64,000 nt of DNA from Candidatus Poribacteria bacterium. Lineage in GTDB: Bacteria > Poribacteria > WGA-4E > WGA-3G. The position numbers and the translations under genes were made by a program. Shown in pieces: positions 1 to 10,397 of this stretch; the stretch's first letter is position 1, and each line of letters begins with the position of its first letter. The stretch spans positions 544,001 through 608,000 of the forward strand of contig OZ240248.1 in assembly GCA_965198235.1 (NCBI GenBank), written 5' to 3'. The notes under the pieces were generated by a model, which saw only the letters and a program-made list of their open reading frames with translations, was not told the origin of the DNA and did not search any database.

Positions 1-1500
1 CGAGATCTGCTCATGGAATTAGATGGTGCGATGAGCGGTGAACACGGGGACGGGCTCGTCCGCAGTGAGTGGATAGAGAGCATGTTCGGTCCGCAGATAT
101 ATCAAGCACTTGCTGAAGTGAAAAAAGCGTTTGATCCGAACGGGATTATGAATCCGGGTAAAATTGTTGACGCACCATCGATGACAGAGAATCTCCGCTT
201 CGGTACAGACTACAACACCATTAAAGTTGATACTTACTTCGATTTTTCCAGTCAAGACGGATTTGGTGGAGCCATTGAAATGTGCAACGGTGTCGGTGCG
301 TGTCGGAAAACACTGACTGGCACTATGTGTCCCTCCTTTATTGGCACACGTGAAGAGGAGCACTCGACACGTGGCCGTGCGAATGCGCTCCGATCGATTA
401 TTTCAGGTGCATTGCCACATACGGAACTCACAGGTGAACGGCTCCAAGAAGTCTTAGACTTATGTCTGGGATGCAAAGCGTGCAAGGCGGAATGCCCATC
501 TAATGTAGATATGGCGAAGATTAAGTATGAAGTCCTTGCCCATTATCACAAAGCAAACGGCTTACCTTTGCACCGGCGTTTGTTCGGTGAAATCGGCGCG
601 CTCGCGCCTTTAGGATCGATGTTCTCACCTTTCTCTAACTGGACGGTCAACAACGGGCTTTCCAAATGGGTTGCCGAGAAACTCATCGGTGTCGATCGGC
701 GGCGCGATATGCCAACCTTCGTACGTCCTACCCATGAACAGTGGTTCCGAAAGCGAAAGTCCCGACGAACATCAGACAAAAAGGTCGTCCTCTTTTCCGA
801 TACCTTTATGAACTACAGCGAACCCTCTATTGGTAAAGCTGCGGTGGAATTGCTTGAAGCGTGTGGATTCGAAGTGTTACTGCCGAAAAAAAGGTGTTGT
901 GGACGACCTCTTATCTCCGAGGGAATGCTTGACCGAGCTGTTGCGAATGCGAGTTACAACATTGACGTGCTTCGCGGTTATGCTGACGCGGGAATTCCAA
1001 TTGTTGGGTGTGAACCGAGTTGTACCTCTGCTATCACTGATGATTACGTTGAGTTGATCGGTACGCCTGACGCGAAACGTGTTGCTGAGGCGACTTGTTC
1101 ATTTGAGGAATTTTTTGTTCAACTTGCTGAAAAGGGTGAATTGCCCCTGGAATTCTCGACAGAACCGTGTGACATCTTGCTGCACGGACATTGCCATCAG
1201 CGAGCACTTGTCGGTATCCAACCGACTGTGAAGATGTTAAGTTTGCCGTCGGAACACAATGTCACTGTGATTGATTCAAGCTGTTGCGGCATGGCGGGTG
1301 CATTCGGATATGAGAAGGCACACTATGATCTTTCTATGAAAATTGGCGAATTGAGACTTTTCGAGGCTGTCCGTGAGAAATCACCGGGCAGTTTTTCGCT
1401 AAGTGCTGCTGGCTTTTCTTGTAGACATCAGCTGGAACATGGGACGGGTGTGCAACCGAAGCATCCGGTTGAAATCTTACGTGAGGCGGTTCTGAAATAG
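1..1500 (+). CDS. FAD-linked oxidase / 4Fe-4S CCG-domain protein (YdiJ/GlcD-GlcF fusion type), 5'-truncated by the window
   Basis: Frame open from base 1; SGEHGDG and FDPNGIMNPGK (FAD-oxidase C-terminus); CNGVGAC and CLGCKACKAECP ferredoxin motifs; two CCG motifs. Confidence 0.9.
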   Translation, partial: RDLLMELDGAMSGEHGDGLVRSEWIESMFGPQIYQALAEVKKAFDPNGIMNPGKIVDAPSMTENLRFGTDYNTIKVDTYFDFSSQDGFGGAIEMCNGVGACRKTLTGTMCPSFIGTREEEHSTRGRANALRSIISGALPHTELTGERLQEVLDLCLGCKACKAECPSNVDMAKIKYEVLAHYHKANGLPLHRRLFGEIGALAPLGSMFSPFSNWTVNNGLSKWVAEKLIGVDRRRDMPTFVRPTHEQWFRKRKSRRTSDKKVVLFSDTFMNYSEPSIGKAAVELLEACGFEVLLPKKRCCGRPLISEGMLDRAVANASYNIDVLRGYADAGIPIVGCEPSCTSAITDDYVELIGTPDAKRVAEATCSFEEFFVQLAEKGELPLEFSTEPCDILLHGHCHQRALVGIQPTVKMLSLPSEHNVTVIDSSCCGMAGAFGYEKAHYDLSMKIGELRLFEAVREKSPGSFSLSAAGFSCRHQLEHGTGVQPKHPVEILREAVLK

Positions 1501-1572
1501 ATTAAAGGGCTTGATCAGAGCGGCGGGTTTACATGACCGAGAACTCAACGTTATTCACGTGAGGAAGAAGCA

Positions 1573-3003
1573 ATGGCTAAGATTTATCAACCGCTCGACG
1601 ATTTCAGGATCGTCGAATTGCCAGAGAAACAGTTACCTTTTTGGAAAATTGCGGGTCCCGGTGCTATCTTAGTCGGTCTGTCTATTGGTGCGGGTGAGAG
1701 TGTGATTTGGCCTCTCATCGCCGCTGAGTATGGCGGGAGCATGATCTGGGCGGCGGTGCTCGGTGTATTCCTTCAACTCTGGATTAACTTTGAAGTGGGC
1801 CGCTGGACGATCGCTACAGGCGAGACGGTGTATACGGGGTACAACCGTATCTGGCGAGGTTTTGCCCCGTTGTTCATTCTACTAACTGTGGTGGGTTGGA
1901 TAGCACCGGGATGGGCACGGACATCGGGACTCGCGCTCAAAGCACTCATACTTGGACCTGGTGGTTGGGGTTCTGATACCTTTTGGACAATAGTGACGTT
2001 TGCTGGGGTCGCGCTCATCCTCTTTGGACCGAAGATGATTTACCAATCCGTCGAACGGACGGTTGAGGTGCTTGTCGCCATTATAACAATTGGATTGATT
2101 CTGGTTGCCATCGCTGTGGGTTCAATGGAAACATGGCAGAAACTCGGTTCTGGTCTGATAAATGTTGGATACATAGACCCAGGCATGTCGGTGAAAAAAT
2201 TGTTTAGTGCGTTAGTCTTCGCAGGCGCGGGGGGGACAGCAAACCTCTTTTACACGTTCTATCTACGCGATAAAAACATCGGTATGGGTGCGCAGTTGCC
2301 GGGGCTACAGAACCCTCTTCGAGGTAGGAGCGAAAAGGTGCCTGCGACGGGGTTTCTCTTTGAGGTGACGGAGGAAAACCGAAAACGCTTCGCTGCATGG
2401 TGGCAATATGTGAAAAATGACCAGATATTCTTTTTTTGGGCACTCAACACATTCACGATTCTGCTTTTCATTTTCGGCGCGCTCGCTGTCTTACACCCTC
2501 AGGGGATTGTCCCTGAACAAGGCAGACTCATTTACGACGAAGCGCGGATATTAGGCGAAATCTGGGGTGTGGTGGGGCAGAGAATCTTCTTATTGGTTGG
2601 TGTCGCGACGCTTTTTGGAACGCAACTCGCGCTGGTTGATGGGGTGTCGCGTTCCATTTCTGACATTATCTACACTAACTTCCGAGGGGCACAAAAACGA
2701 AGCTTAAGTTGGTGGTACCTCCTCATCGCAGGCATCTGGATCGTCGGTGGGTGTGTAATCACCTTCGTTATGGAGCAGTTAAACGTCAGTGAATTAGGAT
2801 TTCTCTTTAATGCGGCGTATATGGGCGGTTTCGCTATGGCGATTTATGTGCCGCTTACCCTTTACATGAACTACCGCTTTCTGCCTGATTTCGCAAAACC
2901 GAAACGGCTTTCTACCCTCATGATGGTAATCGCTTCATGTGTCTATATCGGATTTGCGATTTCAAGTATTGTCTGGGAAGTTAAACAATTAATCGGAGGC
3001 TAA
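1573..3003 (+). CDS. Nramp-like (APC superfamily) membrane transporter
   Basis: About 11 hydrophobic segments; N-terminal GPGAILVGLSIGAGE; SD GAGGA upstream. Confidence 0.75.
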   Translation: MAKIYQPLDDFRIVELPEKQLPFWKIAGPGAILVGLSIGAGESVIWPLIAAEYGGSMIWAAVLGVFLQLWINFEVGRWTIATGETVYTGYNRIWRGFAPLFILLTVVGWIAPGWARTSGLALKALILGPGGWGSDTFWTIVTFAGVALILFGPKMIYQSVERTVEVLVAIITIGLILVAIAVGSMETWQKLGSGLINVGYIDPGMSVKKLFSALVFAGAGGTANLFYTFYLRDKNIGMGAQLPGLQNPLRGRSEKVPATGFLFEVTEENRKRFAAWWQYVKNDQIFFFWALNTFTILLFIFGALAVLHPQGIVPEQGRLIYDEARILGEIWGVVGQRIFLLVGVATLFGTQLALVDGVSRSISDIIYTNFRGAQKRSLSWWYLLIAGIWIVGGCVITFVMEQLNVSELGFLFNAAYMGGFAMAIYVPLTLYMNYRFLPDFAKPKRLSTLMMVIASCVYIGFAISSIVWEVKQLIGG

Positions 3004-3004
3004 A

Positions 3005-3823
3005 ATGGATTTGAAGGAGCGAAAAGCGTTTTTTGAAAAGGAAGGTTATCTCGTTGTTGAGAACCTGTTATCGGCAGCAGAAGTCGAAACGTGCCAAGCA
3101 GATATCCACCGTTTGCATCAGTTTGCTGCAGGACAGGAGTCCAATGTGGAGAAGGAACAAGCAGAGGTCGCACGTCGGCACGTACAGCATGAACCGTTTG
3201 CCAAAGACGAAACACAAGGGGACAGTTTACCCGTGCTGCGGAAGGCAGAAAATACGTGTCAGTACTCTGAAGTATTTCGGGACCTCGCACAACATCCGAA
3301 ACTCATTAGAGTTGTTCAAGAACTCATTGGGACAGACCTGCTGCTCTTTAGAAGTACGCTGATGTTCAAACCGGCGTTTCATGGATCTTCGCACGGGTTG
3401 CATCAAGATTCAGCGTATTGGCCCATGGAGCCCCCGAGCCTTGTTACCGTGAGTATTGCCCTCAACGACGCTACACTTGAAAATGGCTGTTTTAAGGTAA
3501 TTCCGAGGAGTCATTTGTGGGGGATGCAGTCTTGGGGACATATTGCACGTCAGCAGGGTGCAGAACTCACTGATCGGAAAGAGGTCACGGAGCAACAGAT
3601 GGATGTCCCACTTTCTGCGGGAAGTGCTCTATTTTTCCATAGTTTGATGGTACACGGTTCCGGACCAAACGCTACGCCTAACCCTCGGAATACGGCGTTA
3701 TACGCCTATTTCTCACCGCAGGTCCGGTATGTGCCGAAAGATGGAAAGCCAGGAGAGAAAACATTCCCCGTTGTTGCAGGACTCGATGGCAAAACGGAAC
3801 TGACGCTTGTTGCCCAAACATAG
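3005..3823 (+). CDS. Phytanoyl-CoA dioxygenase (PhyH) family Fe/2-oxoglutarate dioxygenase
   Basis: EGYLVVENLLS, HQD, ENGCFKVIPRSH and HGSGPN motifs. Confidence 0.9.
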   Translation: MDLKERKAFFEKEGYLVVENLLSAAEVETCQADIHRLHQFAAGQESNVEKEQAEVARRHVQHEPFAKDETQGDSLPVLRKAENTCQYSEVFRDLAQHPKLIRVVQELIGTDLLLFRSTLMFKPAFHGSSHGLHQDSAYWPMEPPSLVTVSIALNDATLENGCFKVIPRSHLWGMQSWGHIARQQGAELTDRKEVTEQQMDVPLSAGSALFFHSLMVHGSGPNATPNPRNTALYAYFSPQVRYVPKDGKPGEKTFPVVAGLDGKTELTLVAQT

Positions 3824-4042
3824 AGAATACTCAAACAGTTACAAAACACGCGAAGGCGTTCACAGAATTCTGAAATTGTGGCGTTTGATTTTCCATTTTG
3901 AGAGAAGTCGTGACATCTCCTCCTATAGCGGACAGATATTCCTACGCGGATGTTTGGCCTTATAGGGAAGAACGAAATGACCTTAATATTCAGGAACTGG
4001 GTGGAAATTTCACATCGGACGGAGGGATATACTGTCATCATT

Positions 4043-4978
4043 ATGGACGAAATTACCAAAGATCTTTCGGAAGAAAAAAGCAGCCAGATGCCTGTTGTTA
4101 GAAAGCAGGGGGGTGCGAAAGTAGAACCCGCGAAATCCAAGGCACTTGTTGTTTATGAGGAACAGGAAACTGCCCCTCAAAAAAAGGGTTTCTTCGGGAA
4201 ATCGAGACGAAAACCGACACCGTCTCGCGGACAACTTTCGCAGTTATTTCTGGAGAATATCGAGACGTTTTCTGAACACGAGACCCAACTGTTACGTGCA
4301 ATCTTCGATTTGAAAACCTTGACGGCGCAGGAGGTGATGGTCCCCTTGTCAGAGATAGTTCCCCTGACAGTAGGATCGCCGTGCTCTGAAATTCCAAAGT
4401 ACTGTCGCGCTTCCAACTATCGTTACATTCCTGTCTATAATGAGCGCGTTGACTGGTTGATCGGAGTGGTTGATGCGATGGAAGTATTCACAAGCGATCA
4501 ATATAACGAAGATTTAGCACTATTTGTAAGGGATGTGCATTATGTACCCGCGCTGAAGCCTGCAATGGATTTATTGAACGAACTGCGGCAACTCAAGGTA
4601 CCTGCTGCAATTGTGGTCAACGAGCACGGAAGTTGTGTCGGGATTGTAGAATTAATAGATATTTTGGAAAAGGTTGTAGGCGAAATAGAGGCGAATCGGA
4701 AACGGGATACACCTCGCGTTGAGCAACTCGGAGGAAACGAGTGGCGTATTGATGCACGCGTGTTAATTTCTGAAGTCAATACCGCGTTAGATATCCAAAT
4801 TCCCACAGATCGGTGTGATACCATCGGCGGCTTTATCCTTATGTTACTCGGGCGATTGCCACAGAAAGGCGAAAAAGTTGAATATGAAGACTTTGAATTT
4901 AACGTAGACGAAGTCTGCAAGTACCGTATTTCTGGCATCCGAGCTATTAAAAAAGCTGTAGGGAAAACTCGGCGATGA
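4043..4978 (+). CDS. CBS-pair plus CorC/HlyC transporter-associated domain protein
   Basis: EVMVP, VVNEHGSCVGIVELIDILEKVVGEI and DTIGGFI motifs; start moved to ATG 4043 downstream of GGAGGG. Confidence 0.85.
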   Translation: MDEITKDLSEEKSSQMPVVRKQGGAKVEPAKSKALVVYEEQETAPQKKGFFGKSRRKPTPSRGQLSQLFLENIETFSEHETQLLRAIFDLKTLTAQEVMVPLSEIVPLTVGSPCSEIPKYCRASNYRYIPVYNERVDWLIGVVDAMEVFTSDQYNEDLALFVRDVHYVPALKPAMDLLNELRQLKVPAAIVVNEHGSCVGIVELIDILEKVVGEIEANRKRDTPRVEQLGGNEWRIDARVLISEVNTALDIQIPTDRCDTIGGFILMLLGRLPQKGEKVEYEDFEFNVDEVCKYRISGIRAIKKAVGKTRR

Positions 4979-5497
4979 AGGTGCTGAATTCAATATCAGG
5001 TAGATTTTTCAGGACAGGATATATGCTCAAAATTTATGCAAATTTCACGTTTTTTTACATTAGAATGGATGCATAAATACGATTTTGTGGGTGAGGATAC
5101 CTGCTAAAGATACCTAAGCGTGAAGAAACGCCCTTGCAAAACCCTGCGGAAAAAAGCAAAAGAGAAATCATGAGGTTGAAACGCTCTCGTCATCCCATTT
5201 TTAAAAGAACGCGTATTCGAGCATTAATTGTGTGGTACCTCATTCTACTTGGTGGTATCATCGTTCTTGTCTGGAAAATGCCAGCGATTGTCTCGCGCTT
5301 GTAACACGATCTAATGCAAACAGTGCGAAAATTTCGATTCGTCAGATTGTGTCGCTACGGATTTCTGATACTCAAAAACAGATGAACTGGGTAAATGCTA
5401 AGAAGAGCAATACTAACTGCTGTTAATTTTGGTATTATGACTTTGGTATACTTTAAGAGATTAGAGACTTTTAAAATTGTAAGGGAGGATTGATGGG

Positions 5498-6469
5498 ATG
5501 TACACTCTTATTCTTATGTCATTTCGTGGAAACTCCGTTCGTCAGCACGTCATCGACCAAGGACGCTTATTGCTTCTCTTTTTCGTCATTTTTGCTGTGT
5601 TCCTCACAATGATTGGTGGACTGGGTTACGGACTCTTTCAAAAGTGGCAGAGAGCCAGTTCCGAGAAGAGACTACAGGCAAGTCAGGAAGAAATTGATAA
5701 ATTAATGCAGGCAAAACTCCAGGTTGAATTGAAACTCGCTGGTGTTAATGAGGAGATGAAAGATATTCGCCAGATGACAGAAAAGATTCAACTGGCTTTG
5801 GGGATCCTCGGGCAAGGCGGTGGGGGTAGTAGTGTCTATTGGGTACCTGAAGGGACTGAAGGGTCAGCTGATACTCGGCAGGAAAATGCCTCAGGGACTG
5901 ATAGCACTTCGGATCATACACACGAAAAACAGGAATCGTTAACGCCCAGTATCCTAAAGCATGAGATTCTGCCTCTCTATGATTATGTCAGCGAACGTCA
6001 AAGACGCATTGATGGATATCCTTCGATTCTACCTGTGAAACTTCAACAGGAAAACGGAGAGACATACGGTTATTGGTATTCTTCTGGTTTTGGGCGGCGT
6101 ACCCATCCGTTGACGAAGAAACGCGAATTTCACCAAGGATTGGATATTAAAACCCGATCCGGAGTTCCTGTTATCGCTACCGCTGATGGAACAGTTGTGA
6201 AGGCACAGAGGACCGGCTATTTAGGAAAGATAATTGAAATTGACCATGAAGGAGACCGGTTCAAAACATTATACGCACATTTGAAAGATTACGCGGACGG
6301 CCTCAAAGTTGGGCAAAAAGTGACGCGCGGTCAGATTATCGGCTACGTCGGAAATACCGGTCGTAGTACGGGTGCGCACCTACACTATGGAGTTTATAAT
6401 ATGAAAAAAAAGAAGTGGGTGAATCCGTTTAAATATATCTTTGATCAGCAACCAACATTTTCACCATAA
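5498..6469 (+). CDS. M23 family peptidoglycan endopeptidase with N-terminal TM and coiled coil
   Basis: HQGLD, YAHL and GNTGRSTGAHLHY motifs; GGGAGG SD. Confidence 0.92.
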   Translation: MYTLILMSFRGNSVRQHVIDQGRLLLLFFVIFAVFLTMIGGLGYGLFQKWQRASSEKRLQASQEEIDKLMQAKLQVELKLAGVNEEMKDIRQMTEKIQLALGILGQGGGGSSVYWVPEGTEGSADTRQENASGTDSTSDHTHEKQESLTPSILKHEILPLYDYVSERQRRIDGYPSILPVKLQQENGETYGYWYSSGFGRRTHPLTKKREFHQGLDIKTRSGVPVIATADGTVVKAQRTGYLGKIIEIDHEGDRFKTLYAHLKDYADGLKVGQKVTRGQIIGYVGNTGRSTGAHLHYGVYNMKKKKWVNPFKYIFDQQPTFSP

Positions 6470-6506
6470 TTGCATGTCTTCAGTATTACTAAGGAGAGTG
6501 AAAAAT

Positions 6507-7937
6507 ATGTCCTATTTAAAACCCCTCGGACGTTGCAGCACATATTTTGCAACGTGGAGGATTGTATTATGTCTTTTGGCACTACCTGCTGTGCTGTTTG
6601 CACAGGATGAACTTATCATTATTTCGCCACATCCAGAGGGAACTGAGACGGAGTTTGGAAATAATTTCGAGAAGTGGTACGAGGAACAAACCGGTAGAAC
6701 AGTCAAAACCGACTGGCGAGATGTGGGTGGCACCTCTTCCAACTATCGGTTCATTGAATCGGAGTTTAAGCGCGTGCCAGACGGCATCGGTGTTGATATT
6801 TTCTTTGGTGGCGGCACTGACAATTATCTCCGCCTTTCAAATAACGGTTGGTTGAACCCTTACAAACTACCTGAGGCACAACTTGCGCAGATGACGCAAT
6901 CGTTTCAAGGGATCCCGCTCTACGATGTCGAACATCAGTGGTATGGTGCAGCGTTATCAAGTTTCGGCATCATGTACAATGAGGAACTGCGTGAAATGCT
7001 CAGTCTCCCAAAAACCGCGGCATGGCAGGATTTGGGTGATGTGGCGTTGCTCGGTAAAATTGGCGCAGCCGATCCAAGAGAGAGTGGTTCGGCACACATG
7101 GTGTATGAGATCATCCTTCAAACCCTCGGATGGGAAGAAGGGTTTGCCCTCCTGACAAAGATCGGCGGTAATGTTCGCGGTTTCTCCGCTGGTGCCAACG
7201 CTATCCCGACGGATGTCGTCGCTGGACAAGTCATTTATGGACTCGCAATCGATTTTTATGCGTACGGTCAAATTGCTGTTGTCGGTGCGGATAAGATCAA
7301 ATATGTTGTTCCAGCCGATGGCGCGGTAGTCAATGCTGATCCTATTGCAATCCTCAAAGGCGCACCGAATCTGCCCGTCGCACAAAAGTTCCTTGAATTC
7401 GTTTTATCGGAAGACGCACAGAAACTCTGGATGCTCCGCAACAAACCAACGAAAGCCGAACTCGCCGAAGCAGAGAATGATCCGCAGAAACTCCTGATGC
7501 TCAAAAAAATTACCGATTCGGAGGGGCCTAAATGGAAGGGTGGTTTGAACCGTGCGAGTGTTCTACCAGCACTTTATGACAAATTAGGCGAGCGATGCAC
7601 CGTCCCAAATCCATTTACTATGGAGGGGACTCCATTCCAATACAACTCAAAGAAAGGCAGTGAACGATGGAATATCGTTAATGGCCTTTTCGGTGTTTTG
7701 ATTATTGATTCGCATAAGGATCTCGTCAACGCGTGGAAGGCAATCCGGAAGTGTAAGGACCCGGCGAAACGTGACGCAGCGATTGCGGTTTTAACGAAGA
7801 TACCGATAACCGAAGAAGAAGCGATGAAGATGGCAGGTGCTGACTGGAAGGACCCGACAGTCCGCAACGAAAAAATCAAGGAATGGGGACAATTCGCTAA
7901 GGAGAAATTCAAAGAGGCACGAAATCTGGCAAGATAA
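6507..7937 (+). CDS. ABC transporter substrate-binding protein (AfuA/iron/thiamine-like)
   Basis: Signal peptide; ISPH, DIFFGGG and DPIAILKGAPN motifs; AAGGAG SD before ATG 6507. Confidence 0.8.
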   Translation: MSYLKPLGRCSTYFATWRIVLCLLALPAVLFAQDELIIISPHPEGTETEFGNNFEKWYEEQTGRTVKTDWRDVGGTSSNYRFIESEFKRVPDGIGVDIFFGGGTDNYLRLSNNGWLNPYKLPEAQLAQMTQSFQGIPLYDVEHQWYGAALSSFGIMYNEELREMLSLPKTAAWQDLGDVALLGKIGAADPRESGSAHMVYEIILQTLGWEEGFALLTKIGGNVRGFSAGANAIPTDVVAGQVIYGLAIDFYAYGQIAVVGADKIKYVVPADGAVVNADPIAILKGAPNLPVAQKFLEFVLSEDAQKLWMLRNKPTKAELAEAENDPQKLLMLKKITDSEGPKWKGGLNRASVLPALYDKLGERCTVPNPFTMEGTPFQYNSKKGSERWNIVNGLFGVLIIDSHKDLVNAWKAIRKCKDPAKRDAAIAVLTKIPITEEEAMKMAGADWKDPTVRNEKIKEWGQFAKEKFKEARNLAR

Positions 7938-7973
7938 TCTTGTATAACACTGGGGCTTGGTGCGGAGGTCTCT

Positions 7974-8750
7974 ATGCAAAAGATCATTACTGGTGATGCA
8001 TGCCGAGTGTTACCAGAACTTCCAAGTGCCTCCTGCCAAGCCGTCATCGTCGATCCACCCTACTATAATGTCCTGACAGATGAAAAGTGGGATACGCAGT
8101 GGGATTCTGAGGAGGCTTACCTCACCTGGTCGTTGCAATGGATTCGCGAGTGCATGCGAGTACTCAAAGAGGATGGCCTTTTCTTCTGCTTCGGTCAACT
8201 CGGCAAGCGTGAACATGTCTTTATTCACCTCATGTCGCGGCTCTGCGACGAATTTCAATTTCACGACCTTATTATATGGGATCGAGCGGTAGGCTACAAC
8301 GAACGGCGCGATAGTTTCACCCCCGCATACGAGATGATTTTGGTGCTGCGGAAAAGCGACACCGTCAAGTTTATCAAGGACGCTGTCCGCGTGCCTTACG
8401 ACGAACAGACGATAGCGGCATATCTCAAAGATACGCGCTATAAGGACAAAGCGGCGCGGCAACAGCATCTACTTGCGGGTAAATACGAGACTAATCTTAT
8501 ACGGGTCCCAAGCCTAAAGGGTGCTTCAAAAGAGAAATGTGGGCATCCAAGTCAGAAGCCGTCTGCACTCATTGAAAAGCTTATCCTCTGTTCAACTGAT
8601 GTTGGGGACACAGTGCTGGATCCATTTTTAGGTTCGGGAACGACAAGTGTCGCTGCGCAAGCGTTGGGAAGAGATTGGATTGGGGTTGAAGTGAACCCGC
8701 ATTACGTTGAAATGGCACAGCAACGGCTACAGCAGTGTAGGTTGAGTTGA
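7974..8750 (+). CDS. Beta-class N4/N6 DNA methyltransferase, no adjacent restriction gene
   Basis: DPPY precedes HPSQKP and DPFLGSGTT; GGAGG SD. Confidence 0.92.
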   Translation: MQKIITGDACRVLPELPSASCQAVIVDPPYYNVLTDEKWDTQWDSEEAYLTWSLQWIRECMRVLKEDGLFFCFGQLGKREHVFIHLMSRLCDEFQFHDLIIWDRAVGYNERRDSFTPAYEMILVLRKSDTVKFIKDAVRVPYDEQTIAAYLKDTRYKDKAARQQHLLAGKYETNLIRVPSLKGASKEKCGHPSQKPSALIEKLILCSTDVGDTVLDPFLGSGTTSVAAQALGRDWIGVEVNPHYVEMAQQRLQQCRLS

Positions 8751-8802
8751 ACGGTAAAAGGCGAATCTCTATCAATTTCCGCCCAACCCGGTCTGTGTGC
8801 TA

Positions 8803-9237
8803 CTAAACATCTGGGATTGTTCCGAACGCACCGCCCTCAATGAGACTTTCAATGGCGTATTCATTTATCCCATCTACCGGCACCTGAAAATCTTGTAGCG
8901 ATGCGAACACGTTTTCGGATTCTCTCTACTAAAATCATATCTATTTCTCCTCCCTAACCGTTTCAGTGGCAACAAGCGTGATGTTCGGCATACTCGGTAT
9001 AAGCCCTGTTAACTTTTCAACATTTTCGAGAGGTACCTCAAGTGCGCGACCGACATCCTTGATAGCGGCTTTCGCACTCAATGTGGCAAAGGTAGCGACT
9101 TTGCTGACGGAATCTGCCCCATATTTTTTCGCGAGATACTCGATCACATGTTCACGGGCGCGATCGGCGAAGTCAATATCAATATCTGGAGTGCTGAGAC
9201 GCTCAAGGTTTAAAAATTTTTCTGTGAATAGCGGAAT
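8803..9237 (-). pseudogene. dnaE: Remnant of DNA polymerase III alpha subunit in two non-contiguous pieces
   Basis: FLNLERLSTPDIDIDFADRAREHVIEYLAKKYG...AAIKDVGRAL (9237-8941), then a frameshifted VFASLQDF...AIESLIEGGAF HhH-region piece ending at 8803; no start codon. Confidence 0.8.
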
Positions 9238-9269
9238 TTAGTAGACGACGCTTGTCGTAGGAAAACCTT

Positions 9270-10385
9270 TTATCGCCGCCGTGATGCCATATCAAATCCC
9301 ACCGCTGCGACGAGCACGATCCCTTTGATAATATCTTGCCACGAGGCACCCATGTTCGCCATGCTCATTCCGTTGTTGAGGCTTTCCATAACGAACGCGC
9401 CTAAAATTGCACCGAAGATGCTCCCGCGTCCACCCATCAAACTGGCACCGCCAATAACACACGCAGCAATAGCATCTAACTCCAGCAGCCGTCCCGCTTC
9501 TGGGCTGGCACTCCCGACACGTGCTGTCATAACAACCCCAGCGATTGCCATCAGCGCACCCATCGTTGCAAATACCCGCAGCGTAATCCCGCGGATGTTG
9601 ATCCCTGAGAGATACGCCGCTTCCGAGTTTCCACCGACTGCATACACATAACGCCCGAAACGTGTATGGTTCGCGATAAAATGAAATACGAATGCTAATC
9701 CAAATAGAATGCAGACCGGAAACGGAATCCCTTTGTGAGAATTCATCACGGAGATGAACGCTACAATGAGTGCGGATGTTCCGATTACTTTCAATAGGAA
9801 GGTTCTCAAGGATGTTTGCTCAGTACCGTACTGTAATTGGGCGGTTCGCTGTCTGTAAAAGCGGTATCCGTTGATACCCAATCCAACGACCATGAGCCCC
9901 CATCCGAGTGATGACGAGAGATAGGCATTTCCGATCGCTTTGAGCCAATTGTCTGGGAGTAGGATGGTCTCGCCTTTGGTAAACGCTAACATCAAACCGC
10001 GATACGCCAAAAATCCGCCTAATGTGACGATAAACGCTGGGATTCGCTGATATGCCACGAGGTAACCCTGCATTAGCCCCATCAGCATACCGATGCAAAT
10101 GACAGCGATGAGTGTCACGAGGATCGGTTGCCCCCACCAGACGTGTATAATCGCGGCAATGGCACCGAGCAATCCGGCACCGTAGCCGACAGAGAGATCA
10201 ATATTAGCAGAAACGATGACCAAGGTCATGCCAACGGCGAGGATAGCTGTGACCGCGGCTTGGCGAGAGAGATTGGATAGGTTCCGAGTGCTGAGGAAGG
10301 TGCCGCCGGTCAGCAGTGTGAAAATCACCCAAACACAGACGAGGGCGAACACCATCGCGTACATGCGGAGATTTAGATGCTTCAT
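9270..10385 (-). CDS. Sugar ABC transporter permease (XylH/GguB type)
   Basis: IDLSVG, TRFGRYVYAVGGN and ELDAIAACVIGGASLMGGRG motifs. Confidence 0.92.
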   Translation of the reverse strand: MKHLNLRMYAMVFALVCVWVIFTLLTGGTFLSTRNLSNLSRQAAVTAILAVGMTLVIVSANIDLSVGYGAGLLGAIAAIIHVWWGQPILVTLIAVICIGMLMGLMQGYLVAYQRIPAFIVTLGGFLAYRGLMLAFTKGETILLPDNWLKAIGNAYLSSSLGWGLMVVGLGINGYRFYRQRTAQLQYGTEQTSLRTFLLKVIGTSALIVAFISVMNSHKGIPFPVCILFGLAFVFHFIANHTRFGRYVYAVGGNSEAAYLSGINIRGITLRVFATMGALMAIAGVVMTARVGSASPEAGRLLELDAIAACVIGGASLMGGRGSIFGAILGAFVMESLNNGMSMANMGASWQDIIKGIVLVAAVGFDMASRRR

Positions 10386-10397
10386 GTGAAAAGAATT

